From: Mycolicibacterium smegmatis
GTDB lineage: Bacteria > Actinomycetota > Actinomycetes > Mycobacteriales > Mycobacteriaceae
Length of the DNA stretch: 32,000 nucleotides
NCBI RefSeq assembly: GCF_001457595.1
Contig: NZ_LN831039.1
Location: 5,880,001 to 5,912,000 of the forward strand
Direction of reading: 5' to 3'
The position numbers and the translations under genes are program-made. Each line of letters starts with the position of its first letter. Positions within the stretch are counted from its first letter, which is position 1. The notes beneath the pieces are model-generated. The model was not told where the DNA came from and ran no database searches. It saw nothing but the letters and a program-made list of their open reading frames with translations. Positions 18,779 through 27,762 of this stretch are shown piece by piece.

Positions 18779-19983
18779 GAGGACAGTTTAGTTTGTTGCC
18801 TCTGGTAGGCGCGGGCAGCCGCAGGTGCGCCGACGCCGTGCAGCACGACGCTGCCCAGAACCGACACCACCAGAACCATCGCGACCGTGCTCTCCGCCAC
18901 ACCGTCGAGCGCGTTGAACGCCAGCAGACCGAACACGATCGACGTGGTGCCGCGGGGCCCGAGCCAGCCCAGCAGCAGGCGTTCGGGCCAGCTCACGGGC
19001 GAGAAGAGAAGCGCCAGCAGCACCGGGACGATGCGCACGACGGTCAGCGCGAGCAGGCAGAACGCCACCAGCCCGAGCGGCACGCCGGAGCCGAGTGCGA
19101 GCACCGCGGTCAACCCGAACACGAACCACATGAGCGCCGTCATGAGGAAGCCCACATCGTCGACGAGCTCGAGTTCGGTGTGGAACTGCTCCGAACGGCG
19201 GAAGTAGTTGAACGCGATGCCGCACACGAACGCCGCGACGAAGCCGTTTCCGCCGATCGCGAGGCTCGCGCCGAACGACAGCAGCGGCGCGGCCACCAGG
19301 ATCATGCGCTTGGCCTGCGCGGTCATGAAGTCGCGTCGCTCGGCGGCGTTGGCGGCCAGCGCCAGACCCGCGCCGACCACGACGCCCGCGATCAGGGCCT
19401 TGACGGCCTCGGGCACCGCGGCGCCGAGCGCCTCCATGGGCGTCGACGCGTGCTCGCTGTCAGCAGCCAGCACCAGCGCGAAGATGAACACCGGCGACAC
19501 GATGCCGTCGTTGTAGCCGGCCTCCACGTTGAGCAGTCCGCGCACGCGTTCGGGGATCCGCGTGTCGCGCAGCAGCGCCGAGTTGGGTGCGAAGTCGATC
19601 GGCACCACGATGCACGCGACGGCCAGCAGCACCGCCCACGGCAGCCCGGGCAGCAACCAAAGCCCCAGCAGCACCGACAGCGCCAGCCCCACCGGCATCG
19701 CGATGAACAGCATCCGCAACGCCGCCTTGGGTTGGGCGCCGAGGAAGCCGCCTCGGACGTCGGTCGCGTCGACGAACAGCAGCACCGCCAGGATGAGTTC
19801 GGCGATATGTTCGGCGCTGTCGGTGTTCAGCGTGACGCCGAGGTGGTCCTTCATCGTGAAACTGATGGCCATGCCGGTGAGCACCAGCACCATCGGCGCC
19901 GTGAGCCGCAGGCGCTGCATCTCGCGCGACAGCAGGGACCACACGGCGAGCACCACGGAGATCGCGATCAGCGACAGCAACAC
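18775..19983 (-). CDS. Monovalent cation:proton antiporter (CPA family)
   Basis: About 12 hydrophobic segments. [48 protein letters not shown] and [12 protein letters not shown] motifs. Stop and purL GTG overlap as GTGA. Confidence 0.88.
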   Translation of the reverse strand: MLLSLIAISVVLAVWSLLSREMQRLRLTAPMVLVLTGMAISFTMKDHLGVTLNTDSAEHIAELILAVLLFVDATDVRGGFLGAQPKAALRMLFIAMPVGLALSVLLGLWLLPGLPWAVLLAVACIVVPIDFAPNSALLRDTRIPERVRGLLNVEAGYNDGIVSPVFIFALVLAADSEHASTPMEALGAAVPEAVKALIAGVVVGAGLALAANAAERRDFMTAQAKRMILVAAPLLSFGASLAIGGNGFVAAFVCGIAFNYFRRSEQFHTELELVDDVGFLMTALMWFVFGLTAVLALGSGVPLGLVAFCLLALTVVRIVPVLLALLFSPVSWPERLLLGWLGPRGTTSIVFGLLAFNALDGVAESTVAMVLVVSVLGSVVLHGVGAPAAARAYQRQQTKLSS

Positions 19984-20044
19984 GAGGAAATCATTGCAGC
20001 CGTCGCACAGGTTTCCCCGGTGGCGACGCGGGTACCACCGCCAG

Positions 20045-21835
20045 ATGAGTCAGACAGTCGCCGAATATGTTCTCCAACGTCTCCGCGAGTGGAATGTGGA
20101 GCAGGTGTTCGGCTATCCGGGTGACGGCATCAACGGGCTGATCGCAGCGTTCGGCAAGGACGAGTCAGCGGGTCCGCGCTTCGTGCAGACCCGGCACGAG
20201 GAGATGGCCGCGCTCGCCGCGACGGGCTACGCCAAGTTCTCCGGCAACGTCGGCGTGTGCATCGCGACGTCGGGTCCGGGTGCCATCCATCTGCTCAACG
20301 GCCTCTACGACGCCAAGCTCGACCACACCCCGGTCGTGGCGATCGTCGGCCAGACGGCCCGCAGCGCGATGGGCGGCAGCTATCAGCAGGAAGTGGATCT
20401 GCAGGCGCTGTTCTCGGATGTCGCCAGCGACTACCTGGTGGAGGTCAACGTCGCGGGTCAGCTGCCCAACGCGCTCGACCGCGCGTTCCGGACCGCGCGC
20501 GCACGCCGCGCGCCCACCGCGGTGGTGATCCCCTCGGATCTGCAGGAGCAGCCGTACGAGCCGCCCGGACACGCGTTCAAGCAGGTGCCGTCGAGCGCGC
20601 CGCACGACGCCGAACCGGTGCTCTCACCGGATCCCGCGGCGCTGCAGGACGCCGCCGACGTGCTCAACGCGGGCTCGAAGGTCGCGATCCTCATCGGGCA
20701 GGGCGCCCGCGGAGCCGCCGACGAGGTCACGCAGGTGACCGATCTGCTCGGCGCGGGTGTCGCCAAGGCGCTGCTGGGCAAGGACGTGCTGCCCGACGAC
20801 CTGCCGTACGTCACGGGTTCGATCGGTCTGTTGGGCACACGGCCGAGCTATGAGCTGATGCGCGACTGCGACACGCTGCTGATCGTCGGCACCAACTTCC
20901 CCTACAGCCAGTTCCTGCCGGACTACGGGCAGGCCCGCGCGGTGCAGATCGACATCGACGGCGCCAACATCGGGATGCGCTACCCCACCGAGGTCAACAT
21001 CGTCGCGGACGCGAAAACCGCTCTCGCGCAACTGGTCCCGCTGCTCGAACGCAAGGACGACCGGTCCTGGCAGCAGTCCCTCGAGAAGGGGGTCGCGCAG
21101 TGGTGGGAGACCGTCGAGCGTCAGTCGATGCTCAAGGCCGATCCGGTCAACCCGATGCGGGTGGTCTGGGAACTGTCGTCGCGGCTGCCCGAATACGCCA
21201 TGGTCGCGGGCGATTCGGGTTCGTCGACCAACTGGTACGCGCGGTGCCTGAAGTTCACGTCCACCACCCGTGGTTCCCTGTCGGGCACGTTGGCGACGAT
21301 GGGGTCGGCCGTGCCGTACGCGATCGGCGCGAAGTTCGCGCAACCCGACCGCCCGGTGATCGCGTTGGTGGGCGACGGTGCGATGCAGATGAACGGCCTC
21401 GCCGAACTGCTCACCATCCGCCGGTACGCGCACCTGTGGGCCGATCCGCGAATGGTGATCTGCGTGTTCCACAACAACGACCTCGCGCATGTCACGTGGG
21501 AACTGCGCGCGATGGGTGGTGCCCCCAAGTTCGAGGGCTCGCAGAGCCTGCCCGAGGTGTCCTATGCCGACGTGGCACGCGTGATGGGGCTGCGGTGCAT
21601 CACGGTCGACGATCCCGAGCAGATCGGCGCGGCGTGGGACGACGCTCTGTCGGCCGACGAGCCCGTGTTGCTCGACGTCCACACCGACCCCGAGGTGCCG
21701 CCCATCCCGCCGCACGTCACCTACGAGCAGATGAAGGCCACCGCGCAGGCGTTCGTGAAGGACCCCAACGGGTGGCACCTGTTCGCCGAGATCGCGAAGA
21801 ACAAAGCGGCCGAACTGCTTCCGAACCGGCGGTAG
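20045..21835 (+). CDS. Thiamine-pyrophosphate-dependent enzyme, acetolactate synthase/pyruvate oxidase-like
   Basis: 596 aa. VFGYPGDGINGLIAAFGK, HEEMAALAATGYAKFSGNVGVCIATSGPGAIHLLNGLYDAKLDHTPVVAIVGQ and the TPP-binding GDGAMQMNGLAEL...NN motif. Confidence 0.93.
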   Translation: MSQTVAEYVLQRLREWNVEQVFGYPGDGINGLIAAFGKDESAGPRFVQTRHEEMAALAATGYAKFSGNVGVCIATSGPGAIHLLNGLYDAKLDHTPVVAIVGQTARSAMGGSYQQEVDLQALFSDVASDYLVEVNVAGQLPNALDRAFRTARARRAPTAVVIPSDLQEQPYEPPGHAFKQVPSSAPHDAEPVLSPDPAALQDAADVLNAGSKVAILIGQGARGAADEVTQVTDLLGAGVAKALLGKDVLPDDLPYVTGSIGLLGTRPSYELMRDCDTLLIVGTNFPYSQFLPDYGQARAVQIDIDGANIGMRYPTEVNIVADAKTALAQLVPLLERKDDRSWQQSLEKGVAQWWETVERQSMLKADPVNPMRVVWELSSRLPEYAMVAGDSGSSTNWYARCLKFTSTTRGSLSGTLATMGSAVPYAIGAKFAQPDRPVIALVGDGAMQMNGLAELLTIRRYAHLWADPRMVICVFHNNDLAHVTWELRAMGGAPKFEGSQSLPEVSYADVARVMGLRCITVDDPEQIGAAWDDALSADEPVLLDVHTDPEVPPIPPHVTYEQMKATAQAFVKDPNGWHLFAEIAKNKAAELLPNRR

Positions 21836-21845
21836 TCCTACCCGA

Positions 21846-22196
21846 CTAGTCGCCGCCCCCGATGCAGAACGCGTTGCCCTCGGGATCGGCCAGCACGACC
21901 CAGCTGAACTCCGGCCCGTAGCTGTGCCGTCCGGTCTCCTCCGCGCCCAGCCCCACGAGCCGGGCCACCTCGGCCTCGACATCCGCGGCCGACAGGTCGA
22001 GGTGCAGGCGATTCTTGCCCGGCGTCGGATCGGGCACCTTCTGGAAGCCCAGGCGCACGCCCTCGGGGCGCACGAGCACCGAGAACTCGCCCGGCGCCAG
22101 CACGTTCACGTCACCGCCGACGGCCTGCGACCACCACTGCGCGAGCGCATCGGGATCGGCACAGTCCACGGTCACCATTTCCACGGAGAGTCCCAT
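21846..22196 (-). CDS. VOC (glyoxalase/bleomycin resistance) superfamily protein
   Basis: MVTVDCADPDALAQWWSQAVGG...RLHLDLSAAD...VVLADPEGNAFCI pattern. Confidence 0.88.
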   Translation of the reverse strand: MGLSVEMVTVDCADPDALAQWWSQAVGGDVNVLAPGEFSVLVRPEGVRLGFQKVPDPTPGKNRLHLDLSAADVEAEVARLVGLGAEETGRHSYGPEFSWVVLADPEGNAFCIGGGD

Positions 22197-22211
22197 GCCG
22201 GTGACCCTAGA

Positions 22212-23477
22212 TCACGCCGGTGACAAGAACGCCTGCAGCGCCGCCGAGTACGCCGCGACGTCATGCGCGCCCATGAACTCGCGCGCCGAGTGCATCGCGA
22301 GTTGCGCCGCGCCGACGTCGACCGTGGGGATTCCGGTGCGCGCGGCGGTCATCGGCCCGATCGTCGACCCGCACGGCAGATCGGCGCGGTGCTCATAACG
22401 CTGCAGCGGCACGCCGGCCTGATCGCATGCGAGCGCGAACGCGGCCGCGGTGCGCCCGTCGGTCGCGTAGCGCAGGTTGGGCTGCACCTTCAGCACGGGC
22501 CCGGCGTTGACCTCGATGAGGTGGCCGGGTTCGTGGCGCTCCGGGTAGTTGGGGTGTGTCGCGTGCGCCATGTCGCCCGAGGCGACCATCGAACCGGCCA
22601 CGCGGCGCAGGAAGTCCTCGCGGCTCTGTCCGGCGGCGAGCGCGATGCGCTCAAGCACAGTGGGCAACAGTTCGGACTGCGCACCGTGATCGGACTGCGA
22701 GCCGACCTCCTCGTGGTCGAACAGCGCCAGCACGGGTAGGTACCCGGACTCTTCTGCGGCGAGGAACGCCTCCAGCCCCGCGTAGCACGTGGCCTGGTTG
22801 TCGAGCCGCGGTGCGCTGACGAACTCCCCGGCCGCGCCGGTGACCGCCGAGGGCGCGAGGTCGTGGGTCATCAGGTCGAAGCCGAGTACGTCGGCGGCGT
22901 CGACACCGGCGCGGTCGGCGACGAACTCGATGAACACACCGGGCCGCTCCCCCAGGCCCCACACACCGTTGAGGTGTCGCTGCGGATCCGGGCTGACCCC
23001 CTTGCGGTCATCGGACAGATGGATGGCCAGCTGCGGCACCCGCAGAATCGGATCGTCTATCCGCACCAGGTGGTGCGCGATGCCGTCGTCCGCGCTCTCG
23101 TCGCGCAGCGTCAGCCTGCCGCTGATCCCGAGGTCGCGGTCCAGCCACGAGTTCAGCCAGGCCCCGCCGTAGGGCTGCAGCGCGACCACCTGCCAGCCTG
23201 CGACCATGCGGTCGGGACGCTGCTTGACCCGCAGGTTGGGGCTGTCGGTGTGACCTCCGACGATGCGGAACGGTGCGCCGGTGTCTTCGACGGTCCGCCA
23301 GGCCACCAGCGATCCGGCCCGCACGGTGAAGAACCTGCCCGACGCGGGCCATGCGTCCGTTTCGGCAAGCTCGGTGTAGCCCGCGTCGCGCAGCCGCGCG
23401 GCCGCGGTGGCGCACACATGGAACGGCGACGGCGACGCGTCGATGAACTCACACAAGCTGTGGGGGCTGGCTGGCAT
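22212..23477 (-). CDS. M18 family aminopeptidase
   Basis: [67 protein letters not shown] and [18 protein letters not shown] motifs. Confidence 0.95.
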   Translation of the reverse strand: MPASPHSLCEFIDASPSPFHVCATAAARLRDAGYTELAETDAWPASGRFFTVRAGSLVAWRTVEDTGAPFRIVGGHTDSPNLRVKQRPDRMVAGWQVVALQPYGGAWLNSWLDRDLGISGRLTLRDESADDGIAHHLVRIDDPILRVPQLAIHLSDDRKGVSPDPQRHLNGVWGLGERPGVFIEFVADRAGVDAADVLGFDLMTHDLAPSAVTGAAGEFVSAPRLDNQATCYAGLEAFLAAEESGYLPVLALFDHEEVGSQSDHGAQSELLPTVLERIALAAGQSREDFLRRVAGSMVASGDMAHATHPNYPERHEPGHLIEVNAGPVLKVQPNLRYATDGRTAAAFALACDQAGVPLQRYEHRADLPCGSTIGPMTAARTGIPTVDVGAAQLAMHSAREFMGAHDVAAYSAALQAFLSPA

Positions 23478-23514
23478 ATCTCTATCTTGGCCGTGATTTC
23501 CCGCCGCGCCGCGT

Positions 23515-23520
23515 TAGGGT
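23515..23520 (+). promoter_or_regulatory. Candidate -10 element (TAGGGT) for a leaderless DyP-encapsulin operon transcript
   Basis: TAGGGT, then 6 nt (ccattt), then the GTG start at 23527. Confidence 0.5.
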
Positions 23521-23526
23521 CCATTT

Positions 23527-24558
23527 GTGCCCGCACCACAGCCTCAGCCGGTTCTCGCCCCACTGACCCCGGCTGCCGTCTTCCTGGTTGCGACCATCGA
23601 CCAAGGCCAGGAGGCGACAGTCCACGACGCGCTGCCCGACATCTCGGGTCTGGTCCGCGCCATCGGCTTCCGTGACCCCGCCAAGCGACTCTCGGCGATC
23701 ACCTCGATCGGATCCGATGCATGGGACCGGTTGTTCAGCGGCCCACGCCCGGCCGAACTGCATCCGTTCCGCGAGATCGACGGTGGACGCCACCACGCGC
23801 CCGCGACGCCGGGCGATCTGCTGTTCCACCTGCGCGCCGAGTCCATGGACGTGTGTTTCGAACTGGCGACCAAGCTCGTCGAGGCCATGTCCGGGGCGAT
23901 CACGATCGTCGACGAGACGCACGGATTCAAGTTCTTCGACAACCGTGACCTCATGGGGTTCGTCGACGGCACCGAGAACCCGGACGGCAACCTCGCGGTC
24001 GTCGCGACCCAGATCGGCGACGAGGACCCGGATTTCGCCGGCGGCTGCTACGTGCACGTGCAGAAGTACCTGCACGACATGGCTTCCTGGAACTCGCTGT
24101 CCGTCGAGGAGCAGGAACGCGTGATCGGCCGCACCAAGCTCGACGACATCGAGTTGGACGACGACGTCAAACCCGCCAATTCGCATGTGGCGCTCAACGT
24201 CATCGAGGACGAGGACGGCAACGAGCTCAAGATCATCCGGCACAACATGCCGTTCGGCGAGATCGGCAAGGGCGAGTTCGGTACGTACTACATCGGTTAC
24301 TCGCGCACACCCAGCGTCACCGAGCGCATGCTCGACAACATGTTCATCGGTGATCCGCCGGGCAACACCGACCGCATCCTGGATTTCTCCACCGCCATCA
24401 CCGGCGGGCTGTTCTTCACCCCCACCGTCGACTTCCTCGACGACCCACCACCTCTTCCGTCGGAGGACGACCGTGCCGAACCGGCTTCGGCGCCTTCGGC
24501 CGACCCGGTCCACACCGACGGCTCACTCGGAATCGGCAGCCTGAAAGGAACCCGCTGA
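23527..24558 (+). CDS. Dye-decolorizing (Dyp-type) heme peroxidase, encapsulin cargo
   Basis: GFVDGTENPDG (GxxDG), AGGCYVHVQKYLHDM and NMPFGEIGKGEFGTYYIGYSR motifs. C-terminal extension ends DGSLGIGSLKGTR, an encapsulin cargo-loading peptide. Confidence 0.95.
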   Translation: MPAPQPQPVLAPLTPAAVFLVATIDQGQEATVHDALPDISGLVRAIGFRDPAKRLSAITSIGSDAWDRLFSGPRPAELHPFREIDGGRHHAPATPGDLLFHLRAESMDVCFELATKLVEAMSGAITIVDETHGFKFFDNRDLMGFVDGTENPDGNLAVVATQIGDEDPDFAGGCYVHVQKYLHDMASWNSLSVEEQERVIGRTKLDDIELDDDVKPANSHVALNVIEDEDGNELKIIRHNMPFGEIGKGEFGTYYIGYSRTPSVTERMLDNMFIGDPPGNTDRILDFSTAITGGLFFTPTVDFLDDPPPLPSEDDRAEPASAPSADPVHTDGSLGIGSLKGTR

Positions 24559-25355
24559 TGAACAACCTCTATCGCGACCTCGCCCCGATCACCGAATCCG
24601 CTTGGGCCGAGATCGAACTGGAGGCGACCCGCACGTTCAAGCGTCACATCGCCGGACGCCGGGTGGTCGACGTCAGCGGGCCCAACGGTCCGACGACCGC
24701 GAGCGTCAGCACGGGTCATCTGCTCGACGTGAGCCCGCCCGGCGACGGCGTCATCGCGCATCTTCGCGATGCCAAACCGCTCGTGCGCCTGCGGGTGCCG
24801 TTCACGGTGGCGCGCAGGGACATCGACGACGTCGAGCGCGGCTCGCAGGACTCCGACTGGGATCCGGTCAAGGACGCCGCCAAGAAGCTCGCGTTCGTCG
24901 AGGACCGCGCGATCTTCGAGGGCTATGCCGCCGCGTCGATCGAGGGCATCCGCAGTTCCAGCTCCAACCCCGCGCTCGCACTGCCCGACGACGCCCGCGA
25001 GATCCCCGACGTGATCGCCCAGGCCCTCTCCGAGCTGCGTCTGGCCGGTGTCGACGGGCCCTACTCGGTGCTGCTCTCGGCCGAGACCTACACCAAGGTC
25101 AGCGAGACCACCGCACACGGATATCCGATCCGCGAGCACATCAACCGCCTCGTCGACGGTGAGATCATCTGGGCGCCCGCGATCGACGGTGCGTTCGTGT
25201 TGTCAACGCGCGGCGGTGATTTCGACCTGCAGCTCGGCACCGACGTGTCCATCGGCTACCTGTCCCATGACGCCGAGGTGGTCCACCTCTACATGGAGGA
25301 GACCATGACGTTCCTGTGCTACACCGCTGAGGCCTCTGTCGCGCTGACCCCCTGA
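24558..25355 (+). CDS. Encapsulin nanocompartment shell protein (Cfp29/linocin M18 family)
   Basis: MNNLYRDLAPITESAWAEIELEATRTFKRHIAGRRVVDVSGP...GYLSHDAEVVHLYMEETMTFLCYTAEASV. The stop of the DyP gene overlaps its ATG (TGATG). Confidence 0.96.
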   Translation: MNNLYRDLAPITESAWAEIELEATRTFKRHIAGRRVVDVSGPNGPTTASVSTGHLLDVSPPGDGVIAHLRDAKPLVRLRVPFTVARRDIDDVERGSQDSDWDPVKDAAKKLAFVEDRAIFEGYAAASIEGIRSSSSNPALALPDDAREIPDVIAQALSELRLAGVDGPYSVLLSAETYTKVSETTAHGYPIREHINRLVDGEIIWAPAIDGAFVLSTRGGDFDLQLGTDVSIGYLSHDAEVVHLYMEETMTFLCYTAEASVALTP

Positions 25356-25380
25356 CCCCGTAGCGGGTCACCCCGCACCG

Positions 25381-25439
25381 CGAGCGTGCGTGTCTGCCGC
25401 CCGGCACACCGCGAATCAGCAGCAGTCGGCGCACGCTCG
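25381..25439. repeat. Intergenic inverted repeat (CGAGCGTGCG ... CGCACGCTCG)
   Basis: 10-bp perfect arms at 25381-25390 and 25430-25439, between the convergent encapsulin and purQ genes. Confidence 0.6.
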
Positions 25440-25490
25440 TGGATGGCGAGAGTGCGCAGAGTGCTCAGCTCGGCGGACTCAGAAGCGAAA

Positions 25491-26165
25491 TCAGACCGAC
25501 AGGATGGCGTCGAGCGCGGAGTAGAACAGGCCCAGTCCGTCGTCGGACGGTCCGGTCAACGCCTCGGTGGCGTGTTCGGGATGCGGCATGAGGCCGACGA
25601 CGCGGCGATTCTCCGAGCAGATGCCCGCGATGTCGCGCATCGACCCGTTGAGGTTCTCGCGATAGCGGAAGACCACGCGGTCCTCGCCCTCGAGTTCGTC
25701 GAGCACGGACTCGGACGCCACGTAGCGCCCCTCGCCGGACTTCAGCGGGATCAGCAGGTCGGCACCGGTCTCGTAGCGCGTGGTCCACGCCGAGGTGTTG
25801 GACGCCACTTCGAGCCACACGTCGCGGCAGACGAAGTGCAGACCCGCGTTGCGGGTCAGCGCGCCGGGCAGCAGGCCGGCCTCGCACAGCACCTGGAAGC
25901 CGTTGCAGATGCCGAGCACGGGCATGCCCTTGTTGGCGGCCTCGACCACCGAGCCCATCACGGGCGCGAACTTCGCGATGGCGCCGCACCGCAGGTAGTC
26001 CCCGTAGGAGAAACCGCCGGGCACCACGACCGCGTCGACGCCGTGCAGATCCGCGTCGGCGTGCCACAGGCTCACGGCCTCAGCACCCGCCAGACGGACC
26101 GCGCGGGCCGCGTCGATGTCGTCCAGCGTGCCGGGGAACGTGATCACGCCCACACGAGTGGTCAT
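25491..26165 (-). CDS. purQ: Phosphoribosylformylglycinamidine synthase subunit PurQ (glutaminase)
   Basis: [75 protein letters not shown] and MPHPEHA motifs. Confidence 0.97.
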   Translation of the reverse strand: MTTRVGVITFPGTLDDIDAARAVRLAGAEAVSLWHADADLHGVDAVVVPGGFSYGDYLRCGAIAKFAPVMGSVVEAANKGMPVLGICNGFQVLCEAGLLPGALTRNAGLHFVCRDVWLEVASNTSAWTTRYETGADLLIPLKSGEGRYVASESVLDELEGEDRVVFRYRENLNGSMRDIAGICSENRRVVGLMPHPEHATEALTGPSDDGLGLFYSALDAILSV

Positions 26166-26401
26166 GCGTCCTCCCGGCTCACAGTGAAGTCCTCGATGAC
26201 GGTGTTCGCCAGGAGCGATTCCGCGATCTCGTTGAGGGTTTCGTCGGTCACGGAATCATCGACCTCAAGCTCAAAACGCTTGCCCTGCCGAACGTCTGAT
26301 ATGCCTTTGTGCCCGAGTCGGCCAAGCGCTCCCACGATGGCCTGACCTTGCGGGTCGAGGATCTCAGCCTTGGGCATGACGTGCACAACCACCTTTGCCA
26401 C
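26162..26401 (-). CDS. purS: Phosphoribosylformylglycinamidine synthase subunit PurS
   Basis: GTG at 26401: [52 protein letters not shown] overlap with purQ. Confidence 0.96.
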   Translation of the reverse strand: MAKVVVHVMPKAEILDPQGQAIVGALGRLGHKGISDVRQGKRFELEVDDSVTDETLNEIAESLLANTVIEDFTVSREDA

Positions 26402-26411
26402 GGCGTTCACT

Positions 26412-27080
26412 CTACCGGCACGATCCCAGGTAGGCGTCACACAGTGGTGCGGCCATCGCGTCGAGCACCTGGCTATCGGCCACCGACGGCCACGGCACCT
26501 GCGGCGGGGTCGTCGACCACAGCGCGAGCTCCACGACGGTGCTGTTGTTGGGGTCGGCGAGCAAATACTGGCGCAGAACCCGGTCGCCGAACGCGATCAC
26601 CGCGGCCAGCCGGCCCGGCTCGTCGGTGGTGAGTGACGGTGAGCTGTCGGGCGCCACCAGCTGACACGCCCGGATCGCGGCGGCCGACGCGGTCACGGCC
26701 TCCATCGCGAGCTGCCCGCCCCGCCAGGTCTCACCACGCCAGTGGATGATCTGCGCGGAGAGCTGCCACTGCCCCACCGGCCGGTCCACCTCGGCCCGCG
26801 CGCTCACCGCATAGTGCCGCGGATCGTCGGGCAGCAGCGGCAGCGCGCACTCCTGTTCGAACCGGAACCGCGGCGACACCGTCGTCACGGCCAGACCCGC
26901 CAACCGGGGCCAGCGGTACTCGCGGTACAGCGGGATCTCGGTGGCGGCGATCCACGCCGAATCCGGGATGCGGTCGCACATCGGCGGGCAGTTCATGGGC
27001 GCGGCCCCGGCCGGCACAGCAACCAGTGTCGTGGCCGCCAGCCCCGCCGCGGCGAGCAACGTTGCCCAGATCAACCGCAT
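26412..27080 (-). CDS. Secreted hypothetical protein
   Basis: ATG at 27080 with an upstream GGGAGG. Signal peptide MRLIWATLLAAAGLAATTLVAVPAGAA and conserved Cys residues. Confidence 0.82.
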   Translation of the reverse strand: MRLIWATLLAAAGLAATTLVAVPAGAAPMNCPPMCDRIPDSAWIAATEIPLYREYRWPRLAGLAVTTVSPRFRFEQECALPLLPDDPRHYAVSARAEVDRPVGQWQLSAQIIHWRGETWRGGQLAMEAVTASAAAIRACQLVAPDSSPSLTTDEPGRLAAVIAFGDRVLRQYLLADPNNSTVVELALWSTTPPQVPWPSVADSQVLDAMAAPLCDAYLGSCR

Positions 27081-27111
27081 GAATCCTCCCACCGAGGGCA
27101 ACAATATAGAG

Positions 27112-27750
27112 ATGCAACTGACCCATTTCGGACATTCGTGCCTTTTGGCCACCATTTCCGATACGACGGTGTTGTTCGACCCCGGCAACTTCTCGCACGG
27201 TTTCGAGGGCATCACCGGGCTGTCGGCGATCCTGATCACCCATCAGCACCCCGATCACGCCGACACGACGCGTCTGCCCGCGCTGCTCGACGCGAACCCG
27301 CAGGCGAAGCTGTACGCCGATCCGCAGACGGCGGCGCAACTCGGTGAGCCGTGGACCGCAGTGCACGTCGGTGACGAGTTCACCATCGGCTCGATCAACG
27401 TCCGCGGTGTCGGCGGCAAGCACGCCGTCATCCACCCGGAAATCCCTGTCATCGACAACATCTCGTACCTGCTCGGTGACGACGAGCATCCGGCCCGGTT
27501 CATGCATCCGGGTGATGCATTGTTCGTCCCAGGCGAACCGGTCGACGTGCTCGCGACGCCTGCGGCCGCGCCGTGGATGAAAGTGTCTGAGGCCGTGGAC
27601 TATCTGCGTGCCGTCGCACCGCGCGCCGCGGTGCCGATCCATCAGGGCATCATCGCCCCGGACGCGCGCGGCGTCTTCTACGGGCGCCTGTCGGAGATGA
27701 CGTCGACGGATTTCCAGGTGCTGCAGGAGGAGAACGGCACCGAGGTCTGA
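27112..27750 (+). CDS. Metallo-beta-lactamase-fold metal-dependent hydrolase (UlaG-like)
   Basis: MQLTHFGHSCLL, VLFDPGNFSHG and THQHPDHADTTRL (HxHxDH-type) motifs. Confidence 0.92.
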   Translation: MQLTHFGHSCLLATISDTTVLFDPGNFSHGFEGITGLSAILITHQHPDHADTTRLPALLDANPQAKLYADPQTAAQLGEPWTAVHVGDEFTIGSINVRGVGGKHAVIHPEIPVIDNISYLLGDDEHPARFMHPGDALFVPGEPVDVLATPAAAPWMKVSEAVDYLRAVAPRAAVPIHQGIIAPDARGVFYGRLSEMTSTDFQVLQEENGTEV

Positions 27751-27762
27751 GTCGACGGTATT

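Noticed and set aside
16466-18808. 780-aa + strand ORF antisense to purL
   Set aside because: Typical GC-rich mirror ORF. purL on the opposite strand has clear family motifs; the antisense product is low-complexity His/Arg/Val-rich with no recognisable domain.
23527-25355. DyP-encapsulin operon as an entirely new system
   Set aside because: This cargo-shell arrangement (Cfp29/linocin-type encapsulin with DyP) is already well described, so only regulatory details are flagged.
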